From contig CAZOYL010000011.1 of the NCBI GenBank assembly GCA_964584035.1, positions 1 through 34,449 on the forward strand: a stretch of 34,449 bases of DNA, in the 5' to 3' direction. Shown piece by piece: positions 26,817 through 34,449 of the stretch. The notes under the pieces are model-generated. The model was not told the DNA's origin. It worked only from the letters and a program-made list of their open reading frames with translations, and ran no database searches. Every line of letters begins with the position of its first letter. Within the stretch, counting starts at the first letter, position 1. Both the position numbers and the translations under genes were made by a program. Source of the stretch: an uncultured Gemmatimonadota bacterium (GTDB lineage: Bacteria; SM23-81).

Positions 26817-29009
26817 ATGTTCTCGGTTCATCTGACCCGGTTTGGCGCTCTCATGCTGGTGGTGTTGGGGGGCGTGATGTGGCCTGCAGAGGTTCCCGCG
26901 GAGGGGCGGGCCGGATCGTCGGCGCGAAGGTTGATTCAGCAGGGCGCCTTCGCCCGCGCGCTGGAGAACCTTTCTGCCGAAGGAACTGCCGGCGATGATC
27001 AGGGTCGTCTGTTTCAGAGAGCCTATTGCCTGCAGCAGCTGGAAAAATGGGACCAGGCCGCCGGCATCTATCTGCGGTTGCTTTCCCCGGGGGCCTCTCC
27101 GGGCGAGGAAGATGCCGGGCCCGCCGAAGAGTATGTTCTGAACGACTATGTCCGTCTCTTTGCGGCCACCTGTCTGCTGCGGGGTGAGGACTATGCCGCC
27201 GCTGAAACGCAGCTGGATGTGCTGCTGGGCTCATCGGAGAGCCTGCTGGACGCGTCAGCCCGGGAACTTCTCGGTCAACTCTATCTGTGCCAGGAACAGC
27301 GACACCGGGCCATCCCGGTCTATCGCCGGCTGCTGGCCGAGGCTACCAACCGGGCCGAGCAGGTACGCTTCTCCTATGCTCTGGCTGAGATTTACCAGCG
27401 GACCGAGGAACGCTCGGAGGCCGCCGCTCTGCTGAAGGACATCATCACCAATGATCCCTCCAGCGGGTCAGCATTGTCAGCCCTGAGCGATTATCGTTCT
27501 TTGCATCGGGGAGAATTGTCCGGGGAGATGTACTATCGGGCCGGATGGGTCTATTTTCATCACGGCCGATATCAGGAGGCTGCCGATGCCTGGGATGATT
27601 TTCTGGATGCACACCCCCGGCATGAGCTCGCTGCGGAAGCCCTTCAGCTCAGCGCTCGGGCCTGCTTTCGAGGTCATCGCTATCATGATTCGCGAGAACG
27701 ATGTCGCCGTTTATTAACGGTTTATCCCCGGAGCGATGAAGTCACAGCGGCCCATTATCTACTGGCTCGCTGCGATGAAGGGGAAAACCACACCGTAGCG
27801 GCAGTGGAACGCTACCGGCAGTTCGTCAGAGCCTATCCCTGGAGTCAATTGGCCGACGATGCCCTGTGGCGTCTGGCCGGCATCTATGAACGGGACGGCG
27901 ATGCGGCCGGCGCCGAGAGAGAATACTGGGAGCTCAGCCGGCAATATGCCAGCCGGCCGGTTGCCAACCTGGCTCTGTGGCGCGCCGGGCTGTATGCGTA
28001 TTACCGGGGCGATGCCGTCACAGCCATCAGCCGGCTGAATCTCTTCTTGAGCCACCAGGCCGACGGATCCCAGGCGCAGGCGGCCATCTACTGGATCGCC
28101 CGGGCTCACCAGGCCAGCGGAGATCTCCAACAGGCCGCCCGGGAGATGGAAAGGGTCATCCAATGGGCCGATGAAGGTTACTATGCCGACCGCGCCAGAT
28201 CATGGCTGGAGATCACGTCCCAGCCCGCCATGCTTCGCCGGGAGAGCTTCACGGCCGTGATGGCCGATCTGGAGACGGCATCGCCGGACGGGCCTGACGA
28301 TCACCTCCAACTCCGGCTGAGAAAGGGCCGGGAACTGATCCGTCTCGGCTTGCTGTCCCAGGCTCGCCGGGAGTTGTCGGCTGTGCACCAGGCGGCTCAT
28401 GCGCATCCTTCGATGACCGCCGCGTTAATACAGCTATACGAACATCATGAGCTTTATGGGGACGCATTGCGGCTGGCGGTGAGCCTGCAATCCCACTGGA
28501 CCGAATCCCGATTACGCCAGGCTCTGCAGCCCTATCTCTATCCCATGGGATACCAGGGACTGGTCGAGAGTGAGGCGCAAAACCACCGTCTGGATCCGTT
28601 TCTCATCCTGGCCCTGATGAGAACGGAAAGTCTGTTCGATCCGCTGGCCGAATCCCCGGCCGGTGCCAGGGGTCTGATGCAGATCATGCCTGCCACGGGA
28701 CGGGAGATCTTCCGTCAGCTGGGTGCGCCGGATGAGAGCATGAACAGCTTCTTCGAACCCGAGTGGAGCATTCGCATGGGGGCTTACTATCTCGGGCAGC
28801 AGGTCCAGGCTTACCACGGGCAGGTTCAATTCGCCCTGGCCGCTTACAATGCCGGTCCGGGCCATGCCAGCCGGTGGTTGAAACGCTGGGATGGAATTGA
28901 TCCGGATCTGTTTGTGGAGTTGATCGACTTTCAGGAAACCCGCCGGTTCATCAAAAAAGTGCTGGCTACCCAAGCTCATTATCAGAGAGTCTGGGGCGAT
29001 GACGGGTAA
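26817..29009 (+). CDS. Soluble lytic transglycosylase (SLT domain) with TPR repeats
   Basis: Signal peptide; long TPR superhelix; ALMRTESLFDP...GARGLMQIMPAT, ALAAYNAGPG, ETRRFIKKV. Confidence 0.92.
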   Translation: MFSVHLTRFGALMLVVLGGVMWPAEVPAEGRAGSSARRLIQQGAFARALENLSAEGTAGDDQGRLFQRAYCLQQLEKWDQAAGIYLRLLSPGASPGEEDAGPAEEYVLNDYVRLFAATCLLRGEDYAAAETQLDVLLGSSESLLDASARELLGQLYLCQEQRHRAIPVYRRLLAEATNRAEQVRFSYALAEIYQRTEERSEAAALLKDIITNDPSSGSALSALSDYRSLHRGELSGEMYYRAGWVYFHHGRYQEAADAWDDFLDAHPRHELAAEALQLSARACFRGHRYHDSRERCRRLLTVYPRSDEVTAAHYLLARCDEGENHTVAAVERYRQFVRAYPWSQLADDALWRLAGIYERDGDAAGAEREYWELSRQYASRPVANLALWRAGLYAYYRGDAVTAISRLNLFLSHQADGSQAQAAIYWIARAHQASGDLQQAAREMERVIQWADEGYYADRARSWLEITSQPAMLRRESFTAVMADLETASPDGPDDHLQLRLRKGRELIRLGLLSQARRELSAVHQAAHAHPSMTAALIQLYEHHELYGDALRLAVSLQSHWTESRLRQALQPYLYPMGYQGLVESEAQNHRLDPFLILALMRTESLFDPLAESPAGARGLMQIMPATGREIFRQLGAPDESMNSFFEPEWSIRMGAYYLGQQVQAYHGQVQFALAAYNAGPGHASRWLKRWDGIDPDLFVELIDFQETRRFIKKVLATQAHYQRVWGDDG

Positions 29010-30312
29010 CCACTGGAAATACCTGGTTTTCGCTTTCATGATCGGATGTTTCGGGGAGAGCAGCGCCAGCCAGGACCGGACCTCCACGCTGGTCTTCCCG
29101 ACCTTTCAGCACACCTGGGGGATCCGCAAGGCTACTTCCACCCATCTGTTCCTTTTCGTCGGGCTGAGAACCCGGTTTGACGATCCCCAGGGTCTGGCGG
29201 CCGTGCGCCTGAGGTCCTGGGACGATCCCGGGACCCAGGACGATGACGATGAATTAGTCGTGTATGGCGTGAACTCCGGGCAGAACAACATCATCTGGAA
29301 TACATCCATGACCAGTGTGGGCGTCTTCGGTGACGACCTGCTGCGGCAACCGGGCGGCATTGCCGCCGATGAGGACGGCCACGTCTGGGTGGCCGATACC
29401 GGGAATCATCGCGTGGTGCAGCTGTTTAATCCGGGAAAGGGACTCACCTGGCAGGGCACTATCGGGGTTCGGGGAACCGGGCCGGGCCAGTTCCGGTATC
29501 CCTCTGATCTAACGGTTGATTCACAGGGTCGTCTGTACGTCGCCGATAGAGGCAATTCCAGAATTCAAATCTTCGACATCGACGGACAGTTCCTGGGGTT
29601 GATCGCGGAGAATTTAGAGGAACCGGAGCGAATCGCCGTCATCGATGATGGCGAGGCCTGGTCGTATTATCACGACACCTTTCTGTTGGTCAGCGATCAT
29701 GGCGGTCGCCGGCTGGTCCAGTTGTCCCCCCAGGGCAGCCTGCTGGCGGTCGCTGACGATCGGCAAACCACTTGTGAAAAGGCCTATTATGGGTACCCGG
29801 CGATTGATTATTACGGGAATGTATGGGTCACCGATAGGGACAATCACTGTATTCATAAGTTCGACCGGCACCTCAATTACATCGTCTCATTCGGCAGTCC
29901 TGGGGATGGCGATGGAGAATTCAGGTCTCCCCGTGGCCTGGCCATCTGGAGGCGCTTCGGGCAGGTGTTCGTGGCCGAGGAAAGCGGAGCCCAATACTAC
30001 TGGATCGGCGTCGATCTGCTGGACGTCGGGATCGAACCGCAATCATCCGGCTTGGGTTTCATCATCCGTTTCTTTCTCACAGAACGGGCTTTTGTCACAA
30101 TAGAGATCCTGGACCAGGGGGAACGCCTGGTGGGGGTGCTGGTCTCCGACCGGCAGCAATCGATCGGCCGTCACGAAATCCGCTGGGACGGCCTTCGTCC
30201 CGGAGGAGGATCTCTGCCATCGGGAGAGTGTACCGTGAGGATTACGGCGGAGCCGACCTATTCGTCCTATCACTATTTTAAAAAAACGGTGGATGTGGCC
30301 GTCAAACGCTGA
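28999..30312 (+). CDS. NHL-repeat beta-propeller protein with C-terminal FlgD-Ig-like domain (possible lipoprotein)
   Basis: Repeats PGGIAADEDGHVWVADTGNHRV, FRYPSDLTVDSQGRLYVADRGNSRIQIFD, FRSPRGLA; C-terminal VTIEILD..GRHEIRWDG..LPSGE; MIGC after a hydrophobic N-terminus. Confidence 0.8.
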   Translation: MTGNHWKYLVFAFMIGCFGESSASQDRTSTLVFPTFQHTWGIRKATSTHLFLFVGLRTRFDDPQGLAAVRLRSWDDPGTQDDDDELVVYGVNSGQNNIIWNTSMTSVGVFGDDLLRQPGGIAADEDGHVWVADTGNHRVVQLFNPGKGLTWQGTIGVRGTGPGQFRYPSDLTVDSQGRLYVADRGNSRIQIFDIDGQFLGLIAENLEEPERIAVIDDGEAWSYYHDTFLLVSDHGGRRLVQLSPQGSLLAVADDRQTTCEKAYYGYPAIDYYGNVWVTDRDNHCIHKFDRHLNYIVSFGSPGDGDGEFRSPRGLAIWRRFGQVFVAEESGAQYYWIGVDLLDVGIEPQSSGLGFIIRFFLTERAFVTIEILDQGERLVGVLVSDRQQSIGRHEIRWDGLRPGGGSLPSGECTVRITAEPTYSSYHYFKKTVDVAVKR

Positions 30313-30346
30313 CGCTGCGATCGATCGGAAAGGGAGGGATGTCGAG

Positions 30347-30850
30347 ATGGAGAAGTTATGGGCGCCCTGGAGAGCGCCCTATATCCTGGGACCAAAGGAG
30401 GAGGGCTGTCTGCTCTGTCGCATCGCGCAGCAGGAGCGAGACCGTGAGAATTTGGTCCTGCGGCGTGGCCGGCAGTGCTTCGTCATGTTGAACCTTTATC
30501 CTTATAACAGCGGGCACATCATGGTCGTGCCGAATCGTCATGAGAAAGACCTGGAGGGATTGAGTCAGGAAGAGATGGGAGAGATGCTGGACCTGGCTCG
30601 GAAAAGCATCACCACCCTGAAGAAGGCCATGAATCCCCAGGGATTCAACCTGGGGGTCAATCTGGGCGATGTGGCCGGCGCCGGAGTGGAACATCATCTC
30701 CATCTGCACGTGGTTCCACGCTGGAAGGGCGATACCAATTTCATGCCGGTTGCTGCCCAGACCAAGGTAATATCTCAGGCCCTTCTGGAGAGTTACGAAG
30801 CCCTTATGAAAACGTGGCCGCAGGACGATACGGTGGATCCGAAGATCTGA
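30347..30850 (+). CDS. HIT-family nucleotide hydrolase/phosphorylase (Ap4A phosphorylase-like)
   Basis: LWAPWR..YI, CxxC, NLYPYNSGHIMVVP, GFNLGVNLG..AGAG..HLHLHVVPRW.GDTNFM. SD GGGAGG before ATG 30347. Confidence 0.92.
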   Translation: MEKLWAPWRAPYILGPKEEGCLLCRIAQQERDRENLVLRRGRQCFVMLNLYPYNSGHIMVVPNRHEKDLEGLSQEEMGEMLDLARKSITTLKKAMNPQGFNLGVNLGDVAGAGVEHHLHLHVVPRWKGDTNFMPVAAQTKVISQALLESYEALMKTWPQDDTVDPKI

Positions 30851-30977
30851 CCGTTGGAGAACACCGGTCGGCCTGTCATTTAGACCCGCATTCAGTTAAG
30901 ATACTCTCAGCAGCGCGGCCGCACCGGGGGGCAGGTGAGAGCCCCCGTCAAGCTCCGGAGAGTTCACTGGAGGCCGT

Positions 30978-32843
30978 ATGGCTCGATCTCAAAAGAAACG
31001 GAACGTCGACAACGCCTTTGGAAAACCCGCGATCGTGTTGGGCATTTTCCTGCTGGCTCTGACCGTTCGGCTCATCTATCTGTGGCAGATACGATCCAGT
31101 CCATTCTTCGACATGCCGGTGGCCGATGCCGGCTGGCACGATAGCTGGGCCAGGTCCCTTCTGCAGCAGCACTGGACCTATGGCCAGGTTTTTTTCCGGG
31201 CTCCCCTGTACCCGTATTTTCTGGCCGCGGTTTACGCCCTTCTGGGGCAAGGCTATCTAATGGCCCGGGTGGCGCAGGCGGTGCTGGGCAGCCTCAGCTG
31301 TCTGTTGGTTTACGCTCTGGCCGGAAGACTGTTCAGCAGATCTGTGGCTCTGGCAGCCGGAGTGGCTGCCAGTCTCTATGGAATGTTGATCTTCTTCGAT
31401 GCCGAGCTGCTGATCGTCGTCCTGATCGTCTTTCTCGATCTCATGATGCTGTGGCTTTTCATCGGCCGGGATGACCGCCCGGGCTGGATCCGACCCCTTT
31501 TGGCCGGATTGGTTCTGGGTCTCAGCATCACGGCTCGTCCGAATATCGTCCTGTTTTTGCCGGCGCTCTTTTTCTGGATCTGGTGGAAACGTGGCCGGCG
31601 GGATCGCTCCGCTCTGTTCCAAGAGATCGTTCTGATCTGCCTGATGATCGCAGTGGTCATTTTGCCGGTGGCCCTTCACAACCTGAGGGCCGGAGACGGC
31701 CGTGTTCTGATCTCTTCCCAGGGCGGCATCAATTTCTTTATCGGCAATGAGCGCCAGGCCGACGGGAAAACCTCGGCACCGCCGGGCGGCGTGGTCTATG
31801 AGGACTCACAAAGAGATAATGTCTGGGCGGCCTCCGAGCGTATCGCTCAGGGTGATCTGGGCAGGCGGTTGAAACCCTCGGAGGTATCCCGGTACTGGTA
31901 TCTCCGATCCCTTCGGGAGATCGGTCAGGATCCGTTGCGGTGGGCGGGACTGATGTTTCAAAAGGTCTACTTCCTGTTCAATGGTCATGAGATTGAGAGC
32001 AATATCAGCGTGTACACCGCTCGAGAGTGGTCCTCGCTGCTGAGGATACTGGTCTGGAAGGGTCTGATCTCTTTCCCCTTCGGTGTCATGATGCCGCTGG
32101 CCCTGGTGGGACTGTGGCTGTCTCGGAAGCATTGGAAAAGACACCTGTTGCTATATCTGTTTCTGGTCTCCTATGGTTGCTCAGCGGTCCTGTTCTTCGT
32201 GAATGCCCGATTTCGCATGCCCCTGGTGCCCGTTTTGATTGTCTACGCCGCCTCGGCCGTGATCTGGTCGGTCGAGCAGATTCGGGCGCGCCGCTGGACT
32301 TCCCTGATTCTGCCGTCAGCGATCCTGGCCCTCACTTTCCTGGTGGTCAATACGCGGCTTTTTGGTGTGGATCATATCAACCTCGCCCGGGAGCAGTATC
32401 TCCAGGCAGTGGTTTATGAGCGAAAAGGTCTGCCTCAGAGAGCGGTCGAGCACTACCAGCGGTGCCTGAGCATCGATCCCTATACCGTTCAGGCTCGCTA
32501 CAACCTGGCCAAGATCTACCGCCAGATGGGCTATATCGACGCCGCCATCCCCGAGTTTCAGCGAGTCCTGGCCCTGAAACCCGATTTCATCGAAGGGTAC
32601 AACGGTCTGGGCATCGCTTATGCCCAGAGAGGTGAGTACCCGCAGGCTATCGAACAGTTCCGCAGAGCTCTATCGCTGCAGCCTGACCATGGATGGGCTC
32701 ATCTGAACCTGGCCAACGTGTATTTTGAGATGGGAGCGGCCGACAGCGCCCTGGTGTGCTACCGTCGAGCTGGGCGGTTGCTGCCCGAGGTTGGCTATAT
32801 CCGTGAGCAGATCGACCGGTTGAAAACAGGTCGAGAGCCGTAA
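30978..32843 (+). CDS. GT-C fold membrane glycosyltransferase (GT39/PMT_2-like) with C-terminal TPR repeats
   Basis: Many TM helices; DAGWHDSWA, FFRAPLYPYFLA, ARPN, NFFIGN, RFRMPLVP; TPRs (ARYNLAKIY, GYNGLGIAY, AHLNLANVY). SD GGAGG. Confidence 0.82.
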   Translation: MARSQKKRNVDNAFGKPAIVLGIFLLALTVRLIYLWQIRSSPFFDMPVADAGWHDSWARSLLQQHWTYGQVFFRAPLYPYFLAAVYALLGQGYLMARVAQAVLGSLSCLLVYALAGRLFSRSVALAAGVAASLYGMLIFFDAELLIVVLIVFLDLMMLWLFIGRDDRPGWIRPLLAGLVLGLSITARPNIVLFLPALFFWIWWKRGRRDRSALFQEIVLICLMIAVVILPVALHNLRAGDGRVLISSQGGINFFIGNERQADGKTSAPPGGVVYEDSQRDNVWAASERIAQGDLGRRLKPSEVSRYWYLRSLREIGQDPLRWAGLMFQKVYFLFNGHEIESNISVYTAREWSSLLRILVWKGLISFPFGVMMPLALVGLWLSRKHWKRHLLLYLFLVSYGCSAVLFFVNARFRMPLVPVLIVYAASAVIWSVEQIRARRWTSLILPSAILALTFLVVNTRLFGVDHINLAREQYLQAVVYERKGLPQRAVEHYQRCLSIDPYTVQARYNLAKIYRQMGYIDAAIPEFQRVLALKPDFIEGYNGLGIAYAQRGEYPQAIEQFRRALSLQPDHGWAHLNLANVYFEMGAADSALVCYRRAGRLLPEVGYIREQIDRLKTGREP

Positions 32844-32893
32844 GCCTCTGACAGGTGAATGGTTTTGCTAGAAAACCCCGGTCTTCGCGAACG

Positions 32894-32926
32894 AGACCCG
32901 CGGCGGAAATCTCCTGCGGGTCTTTT
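32894..32926 (+). terminator. Possible intrinsic terminator after the GT-C gene
   Basis: AGACCCGCGG...CTGCGGGTCT stem followed by a short T-run. Confidence 0.45.
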
Positions 32927-32966
32927 CAGCAGGTGTCCCTGCGGAATTTTTCAGCAGGCGTCCCTG
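32913..32966. repeat. Two tandem 25-bp palindromic (REP-like) units
   Basis: CCTGCGGGTCTTTTCAGCAGGTGTC and CCTGCGGAATTTTTCAGCAGGCGTC (21/25 identical), each with CCTGC...GCAGG arms. Confidence 0.6.
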
Positions 32967-33042
32967 GGTTCGGCGACCGGATCGAATGCCCTACGGTCAG
33001 GGACCCCCGTCCAGAGGGGAAGGGCAGTCTCGGCGAGGCCGG

Positions 33043-33091
33043 ATGAAAAAAGCGGCTCCGGGGAATTCTTCCCCGAAGCCGCTTTTTTCAT
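33043..33091. terminator. Bidirectional Rho-independent terminator downstream of rpsT
   Basis: ATGAAAAAAGCGGCT-C-CGGGGAA-ttc-TTCCCCG-A-AGCCGCTTTTTTCAT: long stem flanked by A- and T-tracts. Confidence 0.9.
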
Positions 33092-33117
33092 AGCATTCGG
33101 CTGCTGAGTGATTTTCT

Positions 33118-33396
33118 TTAGGATGAAGTTTCCTTCGGCGAATCGTCCAGCCCGTTGACCAGCTTGGTCAGCCGGGATTTATGCCGGGCAACCGTTCGCC
33201 GATGAAGAACGCCCTTGGAAGCGGCCCGGTCGAAGATAGCACCGGCCTCTCGCAGGCGGACGATCGCTTCGTCCTTGTTCTCTGTCTGGCGAACCCGTTT
33301 TTCGGCCTTTCTGACCGTTGATTTCATCATTCGATTGCGCAGGCGTCTTTTGTTGTTTTGCCGGGCGCGTTTGATGGTCGATAGATGAACAGCCAT
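33118..33396 (-). CDS. rpsT: 30S ribosomal protein S20
   Basis: MAVHLSTIKRARQNNKRRLRNRMMKSTVRKA...FDRAASKGVLHRRTVARHKSRL; SD AGGAGG. Confidence 0.96.
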   Translation of the reverse strand: MAVHLSTIKRARQNNKRRLRNRMMKSTVRKAEKRVRQTENKDEAIVRLREAGAIFDRAASKGVLHRRTVARHKSRLTKLVNGLDDSPKETSS

Positions 33397-33425
33397 GGTA
33401 ACCTCCTGGAATATTATTTCCCTCT

Positions 33426-33454
33426 AATATATCGATGAAAAATAAACTTGTCAA
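33426..33454 (-). promoter_or_regulatory. sigma70-type promoter for rpsT
   Basis: Minus strand TTGACA (33454-33449), 17-nt spacer, TATATT (33431-33426). Confidence 0.8.
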
Positions 33455-33480
33455 TCAGAAAATCGATCACATCATTTTTC

Positions 33481-33509
33481 TTGACACCTTCGAACTGCCG
33501 TGCTATTTT
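33481..33509 (+). promoter_or_regulatory. sigma70-type promoter for uvrC
   Basis: TTGACA (33481-33486), 17-nt spacer ending TGc (extended -10), TATTTT (33504-33509). Confidence 0.7.
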
Positions 33510-33609
33510 AGCTCGTACACGGGGATTCGCCGGTTCCTCCCGGCCCTGGGACGCCGGGTCCCTATGGTCTGCGCTCCCACGACCTGATCTCAGGCATTGG
33601 TGATCCGGG

Positions 33610-34449
33610 ATGATCCTTCGGAGCAAACTGGAACAGATACCATCCCGCCCGGGCGTCTATCTATTGAAGGGCGCGGATGGAAGGATCCTCTACATCGGCA
33701 AGGCCAAGGTCCTTAAAAACCGGCTGCGCAGCTATCTCGTTGAAGATCAAGCCCATCCCAGGCTACGGGCGTTAGTCCGGCAGGTCACCGAGGTGGACAC
33801 GGTGGTCACCGATACCGAGGTAGAGGCTCTCATCCTGGAAGCCAACCTGATCCGCCTCCATCGCCCTCGGTATAATGTCAACCTCAAGGACGACAAGCGT
33901 TATCCCTTTATTAAAGTAACTCTGGCGGAACCATTTCCGCGACTCCTGGTGGTTCGGCGCCGAAAGGAGGATGGTTCCAGGTATTTCGGGCCGTATACGA
34001 ATACCAGAGCCATGCGGGCGACGATCAGGACCCTGCGAAAGATCTTTCCCATTCGGGCCTGCTCGCATACCTTGCCCGGCCGCCGACCCGTGTCGCTGTG
34101 CCTGGATTACCATATCAAGCGCTGTCTCGGACCCTGCCAGGAGAAAATCAGCCAGCGGGACTATCGGCAGATGATCGCCGGCGTCTGCCTGTTCCTCTCC
34201 GGTGCAAAAGCCCATTTGGATCGACTGTTGCGCAAGGAAATGGAGGCTGCGGCCGAGAAAGAGAATTTCGAGCTGGCCGCTCAGCTGAGAGATCAGCTGT
34301 TCGCTCTCCAGGTGGTGATGCGTAAGCAGAAAGTGGCTTCCGCAGATGGAGCCGATCGCGATGTGCTGGCCTTCTCCCACCAGGGCTCCCATGCCTGCGG
34401 CGTGATCCTGCAGGTTCGGGAGGGCGCCATCATCTCACGACAGCATTTT
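33610..34449 (+). CDS. uvrC: Excinuclease ABC subunit C, 3'-partial (absent from the ORF track because it has no stop in the window)
   Basis: Manual translation: MILRSKLEQIPSRPGVYLLKGADGRILYIGKAKVLKNRLRSY (GIY-YIG), EALILEANLIRLHRPRYNVNLKDDKRYPFI, YFGPY, CLDYHIKRCLGPC, UVR motif MEAAAEKENFELAAQLRDQ. Confidence 0.96.
   Translation, partial: MILRSKLEQIPSRPGVYLLKGADGRILYIGKAKVLKNRLRSYLVEDQAHPRLRALVRQVTEVDTVVTDTEVEALILEANLIRLHRPRYNVNLKDDKRYPFIKVTLAEPFPRLLVVRRRKEDGSRYFGPYTNTRAMRATIRTLRKIFPIRACSHTLPGRRPVSLCLDYHIKRCLGPCQEKISQRDYRQMIAGVCLFLSGAKAHLDRLLRKEMEAAAEKENFELAAQLRDQLFALQVVMRKQKVASADGADRDVLAFSHQGSHACGVILQVREGAIISRQHF

Noticed and set aside
30925..30947. GGGGGC-aggtgaga-GCCCCC hairpin as a riboswitch or ncRNA
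   Set aside because: A single short stem with none of the surrounding FMN/SRP/RNase P consensus.
33510..33609. ncRNA or tRNA in the uvrC leader
   Set aside because: GC-rich stems are present, but no cloverleaf, T-loop or known family signature.

Overview
GC-rich bacterial chromosomal segment. It most likely comes from a non-Bacteroidota member of the FCB superphylum (KSB1/Latescibacterota/Calditrichota-like). This is an inference from the gene families plus E. coli-type sigma70 promoters and strong Shine-Dalgarno sites. Left to right: the tail of a putative sulfated-glycan locus (two AlkP-superfamily enzymes, a secreted GH51-like hydrolase with FN3 and FlgD/T9SS-like CTD behind a sigma54-type promoter, and a sulfotransferase); an outer-membrane biogenesis group (zinc-peptidase/PD40/Omp85 fusion, BamB-like lipoprotein, PpiD/SurA-like chaperone); a self-contained three-gene operon (TonB-dependent receptor, ~990-aa acidic CTD-bearing protein, PorV/PorQ-family barrel) with a long structured leader; then an M23 peptidase, dnaE (interrupted by one in-frame TAA at a conserved Tyr), a TPR lytic transglycosylase, an NHL protein, a HIT hydrolase, a GT-C/TPR glycosyltransferase, rpsT and a partial uvrC. 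No rRNA, tRNA, CRISPR array or transposase was recognised. The best candidates for undescribed biology are the TBDR-CTD protein-PorV triad and the protease-fused Omp85/BamB-like pair. The dnaE stop needs read-level checking.
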